Shown: positions 40,733 through 52,010 of the stretch, piece by piece
Position numbering within the stretch: the first letter of the stretch is position 1
Layout of the letters: every line of letters starts with the position of its first letter
Assembly (NCBI RefSeq): GCF_009834535.1
Contig: NC_045707.1
Coordinates: 51,214,001-51,278,000 of the forward strand
Direction of reading: 5' to 3'
Source of the DNA: Camelus ferus
Taxonomy: Eukaryota
Length of the DNA: 64,000 nt
Notes under the pieces: generated by a model
What the model saw: the letters and a program-made list of their open reading frames with translations, nothing else
Databases searched by the model: none
Told to the model about the DNA's origin: nothing
Program-made: the position numbers and the translations under genes

Positions 40733-41110
40733 TGTTATAAGATAAACTGAGGCATATTAAACATTTTAAGAGTTTGAGCAAAAAATCAATTCAAGTCGGG
40801 CAGCATTCAATCTAGCAGGTAGAACGGAGCTCTGGGGAAGCTGTTCAGAATAAGAGACTTTCATAGGCAGAAGGGAGAGTGGACAAGAAAAATAAACGAG
40901 GTGAAAAAGTACGTTAGTTCTAACAAAGTTTCTTTCCTTTAGGGGACTGCAGGGTCTATTAGGCACACTAGCTTATTAGTGCTGATCAGGTGGCTCCTGA
41001 CTGACTGGTTTCAGATTCCATTTCTGAGAGAGCCAAAACTGTTAAGTCTTTGGTGACATGAGGCTTAGCATAAGTAACTCCATTTTGGGCCTGTTGTCTT
41101 GTTTTTAATG
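40733..41110 (-). mobile_element. ERV1 5' LTR (MER34-like)
   Basis: Minus strand begins ..ttaaaaacaagacaacaggcccaaaatggagttacttatgctaagcc and ends atgcctcagtttatcttataACA; TATA-like cctatgaaag (plus 40858-40867). Confidence 0.8.
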
Positions 41111-42179
41111 CCTTTATGGCTTATATGTAATGTCATGCTTAAAAGATCTTCCTTGTTGCAAATGTAATTTAAATTAAATTAAAATTTAGTGCTTTTAAAA
41201 ATGTTTCTGACCTCAATTATATGTTTTTCTTGTAAATTTATTTTGGTAAGAATATGAGAAAGACCCATTTGTATAATATTTTTCCAAATGACTGGTCGAT
41301 TTTCTCAACATCCTTAATTGATTTATCTTTTTCCCATCTATTTAGAATACATATTTTCCAAATTTCCTATTTAACTAATCCATATCTGAAGCCTCTGTCC
41401 TGTTTCATTAATCTGTCTATTATAGTGTTTCTCAAATTGTTGTTTTTTTATTGGAGAAGATGTCCCTTTAGCCGACATTATCAACATGATTGGAATTAGT
41501 ATTTTCTTTGTTAATAATAATATTTTCTTTGTTTAATAATAATTAAAACAGAGAATCATTAAAAATATATAATTTCCTAAATATTGTAATTTAAATCATA
41601 CGAATGCATATTTATCTGCCAGTCTCTTAAATTAGATCTCAGGCATTTTCTTTGATTATGATTCTACTGTTAATTTTTTTATGTCATCAATTTCATATTA
41701 ATGATGATTTTATCTTTCTTAAAAGTGGGGCAAGATATTAAAGAAAGACCTTTATGAGTAAACTGAGAATCATTCTAGCATTTTATGATTTATATCCTAA
41801 TCTGTTACAGTTTTCTCATCCACACTAGTTTAAAAGATTTTTTTTTCAGCAATTTACTTTTATTCTATTTTTCTAAAATATTTAACTTAGTTTTCATGAA
41901 AACAGTCTTCTTTTTGAATTCATGTTTTATGGATTTACATAATATTTAATTAAATTCGATAATTATTTGATGTTAATAGGCATAAACAGTTATTAGTGTT
42001 TAGTTTTGGTTCTGAGAAAGAACACAATGGAGTCAACCGTGGGAACAGATTTGTGTGAATGCAACAGAGTGTGGTCTGTTGGCTTTAGTTTCAGTATGCA
42101 GAAGGCATCAAATGTTACGTCTCACTGTGAAAGTAGAGCTCCTTAGTTAAACTGGTAGATTAGTTAAGGGAAGGATAAT

Positions 42180-42350
42180 TGTACTTTACTTGGGTTAAAA
42201 TCACCTGGGAATCTTGTTATAAAAAATGCATATTTTCACGCTCTAGCCTTGACCTAGAAAATCAGAATTTTTAACGTTTGATCCACAGGGAAATTTCAGA
42301 GTTAACATGCATCCTGGGTGATTCTTCTGCATTATTTGAGAGCCACGGGT
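42180..42350. mobile_element. MER5-like hAT MITE
   Basis: aaaatcacctgggaatcttgtt...aatcagaatt...aacatgcatcctgggtgattctt...tttgagagccac. Confidence 0.65.
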
Positions 42351-44659
42351 ATACAACTCCACTCACACCAAGCTACTCTAACTTATGTAACTCTATTATA
42401 TTTTAATATTCTGTAGGACTTCTCCATTAGTTTTCTTCATTTTCTTGGCTAGTTCTGAATGTTTATTTTAACAGCTCAAAGTTAAAATTTTACTTTCAAA
42501 TTATTTCGTTTCAGGTCATATTGATTCAATAAATTAATTTAGAGAGAATTAACATCTTGACAATGTGAAATTTTGGTTTCCACAGGTGAATTATGTGTTT
42601 CCATTTATTCAAGGCTCTTAACACGTCTCACTAGGATTTTAACATTTTCTTTGTATAAGCCCTACACAATTCTTGTTAAGTTTTTTCCTAATATTTTGTT
42701 TTGTTATTTCTGTTGAAAATAAGATCAATTTACTCAACTTTTCTCACTCAGGTTTGTATATTGAAAAGCTGTTGCTTTTTATATTGTGATTTTATAATGC
42801 CTTCTGATTCACCTTTTTGCATTATTTCTAATAGCTTTTTTTTCACTTTGTTCTTTTGTGTTTTGTAAGTATATAGTCATATCTACTGCAAACAATAATA
42901 ATTTTGTCTTTTCCTTCTCATAATTTTTGTTTCTGGTTTCTCTTTCCAAGTGCGCTGACTTCCAGAATGGCACTCTGCTGTTCTGTAGTATGGAGCTGTG
43001 TCCCCACAGGGATCTTGTTTAGTCCTCCTGTGGCTGGCCCATGCCTGCAACTCTTAGCAGTCTAAGGAACTGATGCTGGGTGCATACAAAGCTGCAGCAT
43101 TCACTTCTTGAATATTCTCCCCCCAAAAGTGTGGAAGGTTATATCCTCTGCCATTTGCTCCAAAGTGCATAGTGTTTGGCAAATATTTTTCTTGATTTGT
43201 TTTTCAAATTGATAGCTGTTTTTCTAATTTATGAAGATGCTGTATTTTTATTTTTGTTGATGAGTTTCATGTAGACTATAATAAATATTTTTATCTAGCT
43301 AATTATCACAGAAAGTCTTCTCCATCAGCCTTTTAAAAACCTTCTGGAAAATATATCATTTGGATTTTCTTTTTTTAAACATAAATTTATATAGTCAAAT
43401 ATGTAAAACTTTTCCTGTGTAACTTGGTTCATCAGTGTCACAGAAGTTTGCAAAATGTAATTGTTGAAGCTCTATAATGGAAAGAGGAATTCATCATGAT
43501 ATTATCACTGCTTTTTATGTTTATAGATTTTCAAAATTAAGAAAGATTAAGAGCATTAACTAAAAAAGATATTTCTCTACTTTGGGATCTGACAAATCTT
43601 TATCAAATATTTTATCTTTTTATGATTTTATTTTCAATTTATTCTGTCATAATTTAGAATAAAAATTTTTTATGATGTTAAGTGAGTATATGATATTACC
43701 CCCGCCAAGGAGGCAATCAGTTATCCCAGAAACGTTTACTGAACAAACTTTCCTCTCTCTCTGTCCTCCCTCCCTAGATAGATTTATGATGCTACTTTCA
43801 CTGTTGTCTAACATCATTGTGCAAGTATGCTTCTGGGCAATTTATTTCATTACATTTATCCATTTGTCAATTCTTAGATAATAATCTACTTACAGCTTTC
43901 ATTGTTTTAGTTTTAGTATTGCTTATAGCAAATCTCCCTCATTACTTTTCTTTTTAAAAGTTTTCTTGGACCTTTTAATCCAAGAAATTTGCTCTTCTTG
44001 ATAAACTTTGGAACCATTCTGTCAATTTCTAAAAACAATCACTGGGATATGATTTAAATAGCATTAAACCTACATAGTAATTAGAGAAGACACTCAACAT
44101 CTTTTCCTCTGAGCTGAATGCTTAGTATGGTTTTCCAGTTATTCCAGTCTTATTTTAAGATTCTCAGTGGAATTTTATAGATTTTTAAAATTTATGTTCA
44201 GCATATTTTTTCTTAAGTTTTTTAAATGTATTTTATACATTTTGTTAGCAGTTGTGAATTAGATATATGTTTTTCTAATTAAAATTTCTAATTTATTCTT
44301 CCTGGGTTATATAGTACTAATGATTTTTGTTTGCACATTTAGTGTATACCTCTTTATTAACTTTTCTATCAATTTTATAATTTTTTTTCTAGAATGCATT
44401 TACTGGGAAGATTATTATCAATAAACAATTTAATTGGCTTTTTATTTCTTCTTGACATTATTCATTGGGCAAGGATTTCAGAATACTGTCATAGTGATTA
44501 TACTGACTAAATTTTCACTTTCTGATTTTAATAGGCATTTCTCTTGTGCTTTATTTTAATTATGACATTGTAGGCTGATTTCATGTTAAGAAAATAATTT
44601 TAGAACTTTGCTAAGATGCTTGTTTCTTATTGCTTTGATACCAGGCTTTAATATAGGAG

Positions 44660-45146
44660 AACTTACGATGGTTCAACTTAAGATTTTTTTGACTTTACTA
44701 TGATGGGAAAGCGGTTCAGCAGAAACCATACTTGAATTTTGATATTTTCCTGAGCTGGCAGTATGTGTAGAGACTCTCTTGATACTCTTGTGATGCTGGG
44801 CGGCAGCAATGAGCCCCAGTTCTTAGTCAGCAACATGATCATGAGGGTAAACAACCAACACATTTGCAACTGTTCTGTACCCATTCAGCCATTCTGTTTT
44901 TCACTTTCAGGACAGTATTCAATAAATTCCATGAGCTATTTAGCACTTCATTATAAAATAGCTTTGTGTTAGATGATTTTGCCCAACTATAGGCTAAGAT
45001 AAGTTTGTGAGCACATTTAATGTAGGCTTGGTTAAGCTATGATGTTTGGTAGGTTAATATATTAAATGCATTTTTGACTTATGATATTTTCAATTTTGGA
45101 TGAATTTATCAGGATGTAACTACATAGGAAGTCAAGGAAGATCTTT
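44660..45146. mobile_element. TcMar-Tigger MITE (MER47/Tigger5-like)
   Basis: acttacgatggttcaacttaagattttttgactttac...ccattctgtttttcactttcag...gtgttagatgattttgcccaact...aagtcaaggaagatct. Confidence 0.85.
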
Positions 45147-46861
45147 ACCTCAATTTTATCACATGTCAAAATGTATCTTATAAAATTGATAATGAGAAAT
45201 TAAGGAATATTAAATTTTTTTTATTCTTAATTTATACTTTTGTATTTTCTCTTTATCTTGATTGGGATTGTTAGAAACTTGACTTTCATGCTTTATTTAA
45301 CAGAAAAATATCTAGTTCTTAGATTTGCTCTTTATTTTGTTGCTGTTTTAAAATTTATTAATATTTGCTTTTATCTTTATTATTGTTATTGTTATTTCTT
45401 AGGCTTTTTTTTTAATGATCCTCTTTCTAAATTTTTGAATTGAGCATTTTGGTACATACTTTCATTCTCTTTCATTTAATAATGAAACTATTTTCTTCTA
45501 TAATTTCCCTTTTAGTGTAATTTTGGCCATAAACCATATACTTTCATGGTTAGCTTATCAGTTACTATTGCATTCAGCCAAGAATTAAAGTAAACCTGGC
45601 AAATAGTGCTTTATTTGAGAAATCTTTATTTTTACTCTTTTATTGGAATTTTTTCCTAAATGTTGTCATTAACATGTTATCATTAACATATACTTGGTAT
45701 TGGGTTTGCTGCCCACCTATTAGAGAGAGGACCCTCTATCCTTCCACACCTACTGTTAGAAAGACTAGTTATTGCTCTTATAATACTGCATTTAACTTAA
45801 CTTCAAATTCTTATAATTTTCAATACAAAGATTTATTTCCTACTTAGGGCTCAGAAAGTCAGCCAGAGCAGCTTTGCTTCAGGCTCCAGGCCAAGATCAT
45901 CTCTCTCCTCAGAGCTGTACAGTATCCCCTATACTCAGATTCTCCTGGTCAGAGCAGGACATATGGCACACCTAAATGGGATGGAAAATATACTCTGCCC
46001 ACACAGAAGTTATGAAAAGGACAGGGAAGGAAGGCAGAATTGTAAAACAGCAATATAATTGACTAACCATGGCAATATAACAAATGCTTTACTTGGATTT
46101 TTCTTTCCTGGTCTTTTAAAAATAGCAGATGTGTAAGACCAGGGGAGCTAAGCTTGAAGTGTTAGCTAAGGTCCAGAATCTGATGAAGCACCTGCTTAAT
46201 ATAGATTTAGAGACTAGAGTAATTCTTACCATATATGTGGTTCAGCAGGGAAGAAAGTTAAGAATGAATCAGTGCCAGAATCCTAGCTAAAGTAACCAGG
46301 ATAAATATTAGTTTATAAACTCAAGTGTGAAAGAAAGAGCACATTTCTTTATTTCTTTAAACTATATTAGGTTCCAAAACCCCATGCCACTTTGAGATTT
46401 ATAACACAGTCATATTCCATGTCTTCCTCATTCTGTCACTGAAAAGTACAAAACAATCTGGGAGGTCTGTGTGGTTCCTAGAAAGTGTGGGAAAGATCTC
46501 TGATTACCAACCCATCAAAATTGCTCCAGATATCCTTATTCTTCCACAAGTACAGAGAAGAGGAGTGGATAAACAACAAAAAGTTACAACAAAATGTCAA
46601 TAGTACTTTGAGAATAGAAGTGCACAGGTGGAAGATGGGATTGGAGACAGGGAAGGGACATCTTTTCCTTTTCTATGTTTGTATTTATAAGTAGTGGGTT
46701 TATGGGTAATTTTATTATTTTTTGTTTTCTTGATATTTTTCAAGTAAAAAATAAAAATAAATATACCATTAATTTCACAAGGTTGTTCTGATAAGTAAAT
46801 GAATAATACACATTAAGGATTTAGCACAGTATCTGTCTCCTGGTAAGCTCCTTAGCTCAGT

Positions 46862-47451
46862 ATGTGGGATTGTTCTGTTGTTAACATGGTTGTGTTAGAT
46901 GCTATATTTCCTAGAATCTCCTTCCTTGTATTCTACCAGGTTAAGAGTTGACTAAAAGTGGAGTTGCATGATATTCGAGGCAGAAGTGAAGCTGCAGCTA
47001 TGTTCGAGAGGTCATTGTGGGTTAGAAATTATGAGAGATTGATGTAGTTGTGTGGACAGATCCATTTTGTTCTTACTCTTGTCCACTCCATGTCTAGAAT
47101 CTCCCCAACTGTCCACCCTCCTGTCCCACAGGCTTACCACAATATGCTTAATTATGAACTCACAAAGGTGGCCATGGAAAGTTAAACTCCTTTGATAGGC
47201 TTGTACTGTCTCCTCTTTTTAATACTTTTCCAGGAACCAGCTATTTCAGGCTTCCATATATCCATCCATGTCCAGCTCATTCAACTGTGTAAGGACTAGT
47301 TAGTGAACGTTCTTTGATTCTTCAACTCGTCTTATGACACTTTTACTTCTCCAGCTCCTCCTACAATTATGTGAAGTGTAAATCTTATAATAATTTTCTA
47401 ATTCCATAATGTTCCTTGTGGACCTGTGTCTTGATTAAACCACAATTGATA
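46862..47451 (+). mobile_element. ERVL 5' LTR (LTR52-like)
   Basis: ctagaatctccttccttgta...gaggcagaagtgaagctgcagc...ccagctcctcctacaattatgtga...attccataat...tgata, directly followed by ERVL internal sequence. Confidence 0.65.
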
Positions 47452-49780
47452 GTTATTGCTATCAGAAATGGTTTTATGGCTATAGAATCTAAGATTGAGA
47501 ATCAAATTGCTTCTCTGATGTATTCAGATTAAAGGCACTTAAGAACCCTTCACCAATGGTAAAGAAATCACTGGTGTTCCATAGCATATGACAACAAAGC
47601 CATTACGTAAATTATCACCTATGGACACCTGTAACCTAGTTCTTACAGAAGTTTTGTCTTTGTGACCAAGTAGTTGTTGCAATAGAACATTTTGATGTAG
47701 ATAAGAAGTATAATGGGGTTAGTTGATTTCTGCTACCGGAGAAGTTGTGAAAAATGGTGACCTCAGGGCTTTACGTTTCTGGGTCAAGGATACAGGACCA
47801 AAAATTTTCTTTGATGTCCCTAGAAAAATTCTTTATCTCTTGTAGTGCAGGGATGGTATTTCTGAAAAGCAAATTTAAACTCGAAGTGTTTATGTGGTTG
47901 AATTACAATACATATTTAATTTATGATTTCATAGATTCTCTTTTGTTGTATTTAGGGGATTAGGAAGGAGTGAAACACCAAAAATTAAGTTGGGCATTTG
48001 TGGCAGATTCCAGTGAAGTGGGTTACCTTGAACCCATGAAGTCTGTTTAGCTTTCTTCTCCACTGGAAGTATCCCCTCCTCCCTGGTCTGAAGAGTTTGG
48101 TCCCTCTCTCCTTGAACAACTACAATAGTCTTCCCTATTACAGTTGCCTAGTAGGAGATCATTGATCCTTTTAAGGATCTAACCCCACGACTTCTCATTG
48201 CTTCTAGACCTGTGACCAGACCCAAGTTCTGGGAGGCTCCTTGGGGTCAGACACACATAAAGTGTGAACAATGAGGAGGTGCCATAAACACAAAAGGACT
48301 TGCAAGATTTTTCTAACTCACATCAACAGAAGCCTGAAGAATATGTGTGAGATTGGATCCCAAGGGAGTGTGAAAATGGAAGGAACATACTATATTATAT
48401 TTGGAATAATAAGTTGATATGGATGCTCTAAAAGATTCTGAATTCAGTGTGTTAGCTTGAATGTCTGGGAGTGGCTTTAAGAGTTTTTTGGGTTTTTTTT
48501 TTTTTTTGACTGTCTGCTGTCTGGACCCAAAATTGGACTATACTGAATTAAACTTAAAATATTAGAATTTCCTTGGAATAATGTAGAGTATCTATTGATA
48601 TTCAGAGAAATCAGAATGCTACAGTGGATTTATGTAACACCTGTCACAAATCTTTAACTATACCCTTTGGGAAGGTCATGTAGATCTCCATTCTGCTAGT
48701 CTTGGAGAAATACATAGGTGACATCCTTCAGGATTTCTGTAGTGGTGTTCTCTGTAGGTGAGGATTGACAGTGGGAACTGCTGTCTTTGAACCAGGCTCT
48801 CTGAATTAAATGGAGATGATGGTATCCCAGTTAATTAAGGACAAGATAGTGGCATTTATTGGCCAGAAATGATGGAGAGGGATAAGGTTACCATAACTGG
48901 TATCAGAGCAGGATGTTCTTATCTAAAGAGGTCTTTGACATTGTCTGAAGACATACTCAGCAAATGGCATAATCCCCACATTGGTTCCTTGCCCTGCAGG
49001 GTGAGGGCTATTAAGATAGGAAAAGGCCAAGTGGAAACTACTAACACTATCTCTGTACACTAAAATAATAAACCAAATGCAACGTTGAATTCTTGCAGGT
49101 AGTGCCAGCATTGAGGGCTTGAAAGATGAAAGAATGTTGATTCTCACTACATTTCATTCAGCTAGTCTATCTCACTGAAGTAAGAAGACAGAAGGCTCTT
49201 GGAGAATAACTGTGGATTTTCGTAAACTTAATCAAGTGGTAACTCCAGTTGCAGCTGCTATTCCAGAAGTCATTTCATTGATAGAACAAATCCATATATC
49301 CCTTGATGCTTTGTATGTAACTGTTGATCTGTTACATCAACAGTTGAAAGTTGAATGTTACTTTCTCTCTACTTGTTAGTAAAGCACAGTAGAAGTTTAC
49401 TTTTGGCTGTCAAAGACAGTAGACACTTTCACTGTTCTATGGCACGACCATACCAATTATTTAGCCCTCCGTCATAATCCAGTCCACAGGGACTTTGCCT
49501 CTTTATTCAACTGTACATTATTCTGGTCCTCTACATTGATGGTTTTCTGTTTGGACCTAGTAGGCAGTAAGTAGCAACTACCCTACTCAACTCAGTAAGA
49601 CAAATATGAAACAGACAGTGGGAAATAATCCTCATAAAAATTCAGGGGTCTGCAACCTTGGTGAAATGTCTAGAGGTCCAGTAGTTTAGGGCATGTCAAA
49701 ATACCATATCCAAGATAAAGGACAAATGTTGCAGCTAGCTCTTGCTACCACTAAGAAAGAGGTACATTGCTTACTGTGTT
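47452..49780 (+). mobile_element. Decayed ERVL internal region (gag, partial pol/RT), 3'-truncated
   Basis: DILSKWHNPHIGSLPCRVRAI (about 48950) and KKTEGSWRITVDFRKLNQVVTPVAAAIPEVISLIEQI...VDL (49182-49331) match ERVL Pol; the YIDD motif is degraded to YIDG (49532-49543); many stops and frameshifts. Confidence 0.9.
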
Positions 49781-51769
49781 TAATATTTTACTTTTTAAAT
49801 TTGCCTTTGTATCATTAGAATTTCTTCATATTCCTAAAAAATATGCTAGTAATGCTGTAATACATAAGTATAGTATACTTATTTAATGAATTACTCCTGC
49901 TGTTTTTTTCCTATTATAAAATAACTGAATACAACCATAGCTATTAAATTAAAAAAAAATTATTTGTCATATTTCAAAATTACTCTTCACTAGGCCAGGT
50001 AACCCCTATATGAATTCTTAGAGTATCAAGTGCCTTATTTCCCATCTTGATTTTTACTTTTCTAATGTTGGTGGGGTGGAACATTCTTGTTCTAAATCTT
50101 AGGGAGGTTTTTCATCTATTATTGCTAAAAGTGAAGATGCTGATAAAGTTTTATTTCAAGAGTATATTATAAAAATGCAGAATTTATATAGATGTTGTCA
50201 GTAATGTGATGTGAATTGGGGATAATGTGATTTAATTATCATTCCAGATCAAAGGTGAATAAAGTGTGAAACATATTTTTTGCTCTGTCACAATAGGTCA
50301 CTTTCTGTGTATTCAAGAAAAAAGAATAATGAACATTCCTAAATTCGTGATAGAATAAATATTATGGTCAGTTATTATAGCTACATTGTCAAGTACTAAA
50401 AGAGCTTAATTACTCATTTCCTAAAATCATTGCATTTTCCGTTTATCACTGCATAGCGCAGAGCAAAAGATTCTTCCTGTTTTTGAAAAGAAATCAAAGC
50501 ATTCACATCAGGCATTCAAAACTTGAGAACCTGCAGTGAGAGAATCACATCAACTACAATAAGAAAATATCCTCTGACAAGTAAGATTTCACCCACATAA
50601 TTGAATGATCATGACAAGCTGTGATCAATAATACCAGATTTCCCCAGGGACTCTTTCTTAGCCATTGTTATATTTCTGAAAAAAGATTTATAGTTCAGAA
50701 TTCACTCACTTCAGAAGCAGATTTGAGGGTCTTGTGAAGAAACAAGAGACTTACTAGTATCTTCAGAGCATTTATACCTAAATAAAATCCATATAGATTT
50801 GCATTAATGTGGACATCAATATGCATTTAATTAGTAGACACTGAATAGATAATTAATATTGGTAATTCATGATTATTCACTTAATGAATACTACAAATTT
50901 ATAGTGAGAAAAATCAAAGAAAAAACTAATCTTAAGAATACGAAACTCACTGGGTAGGTAAACTATGTATCTTCAGTGCTAACATTAAAAAAATACCATT
51001 GGCATAAGATAAACTTAAATCATCACCTGTAAAAACATTAAACTATGCAAATATAAATTATATATAATTGCTCTGTAAATGGAGAAAAGCAGGGAAATAC
51101 AATCAAAATATATAGTATCGTAACAAAATATATTAAGGCATATCAAGATTTCAGTCACCAAAGTATTGATTTCCCATGGAGTCATAATTAATTCATGTTC
51201 TGTCTCTTCTGTGTGCAGAAAAAAGTACATAAACAAAAGGGTTTTCATTCACAACTCCTCTTCTGCCAAATTCCAAATGAAATGAAACCAAAGCAAGTAC
51301 GCTACAAAATTTGATTCAAAGGAAACCGTAGACACTGAAGCTTCTAAGCACACATTTCCTAAATAAAAAATGAGTTGTCTGCAAGCTGTCTTGACACGGT
51401 CTGCAGAGTCTCACTGCATTAAACAGCAGCTCATCAGATTGTCAGAGAGCTCCTGAGATAAACAAACAAACAAAAAAGCAAATCAAACTTCCTTCTTCCT
51501 GTCTTTCCATTTCAGCTTCATCTTGACAGAAAAAAAAAAAAAGTTTCTCCACTCTAAGAGAGATCCACAAATATCCCCATGTAACATTTGGACTTTGCCT
51601 TTTGCTTTGAAATAGATTTTCAAAAACGGGGAAATAATGCACTGACTGTATGTAAAAGATGCATACGACGGATTCACTAAGGAGTTTGAAAATTAATTAC
51701 TTTTATTAGATATATCAACTCCTGGCAATTAAAACTTAAATTTCAGAAAAAAAATTTTGAGTGATTGTA

Positions 51770-52010
51770 GTTGTTAAGAGCAGAAGATCTGGAATAGAAC
51801 AGCTGAGTTTTAATTTACTTATAGATACACTGTCTCCAACTTTGCATAATGTGCTTGACCTAAGGCTTTGGTTTACCCTTATTTTTAATGGGAATAATGA
51901 AAGTGCTTACCTTCATAGAGTTGTCTTAAGAGTTAAATTAGTTACTATATATTTTAGAACAACATTTTATACTATGTAGTAAATTTTATGTGTGCTAGCT
52001 CTAATATGAC
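51770..52010 (+). mobile_element. MIR SINE
   Basis: gtagttgttaagagcagaagatctggaatagaacagctgagttttaat...aatgggaataatgaaagtgcttaccttcatagagttgtcttaagagttaaatta. Confidence 0.75.

Larger units (their letters stand above)
41110..45600 (-). mobile_element. Highly decayed old L1 (L1ME/L1M5-like) fragments
   Basis: Very T-rich plus strand with antisense ORF2-like pieces (ttaatttagagagaattaacatcttgacaatg; tatagtcatatctactgcaaacaataataattttgtcttttcc); patchy and interrupted by DNA transposons. Confidence 0.65.

Noticed and set aside
51380..51560. Minus-strand acceptor-like sites after (TTTG)n and poly(T), with a purine-rich stretch
   Set aside because: Explained by simple repeats; donors are weak and no recognisable peptide results.
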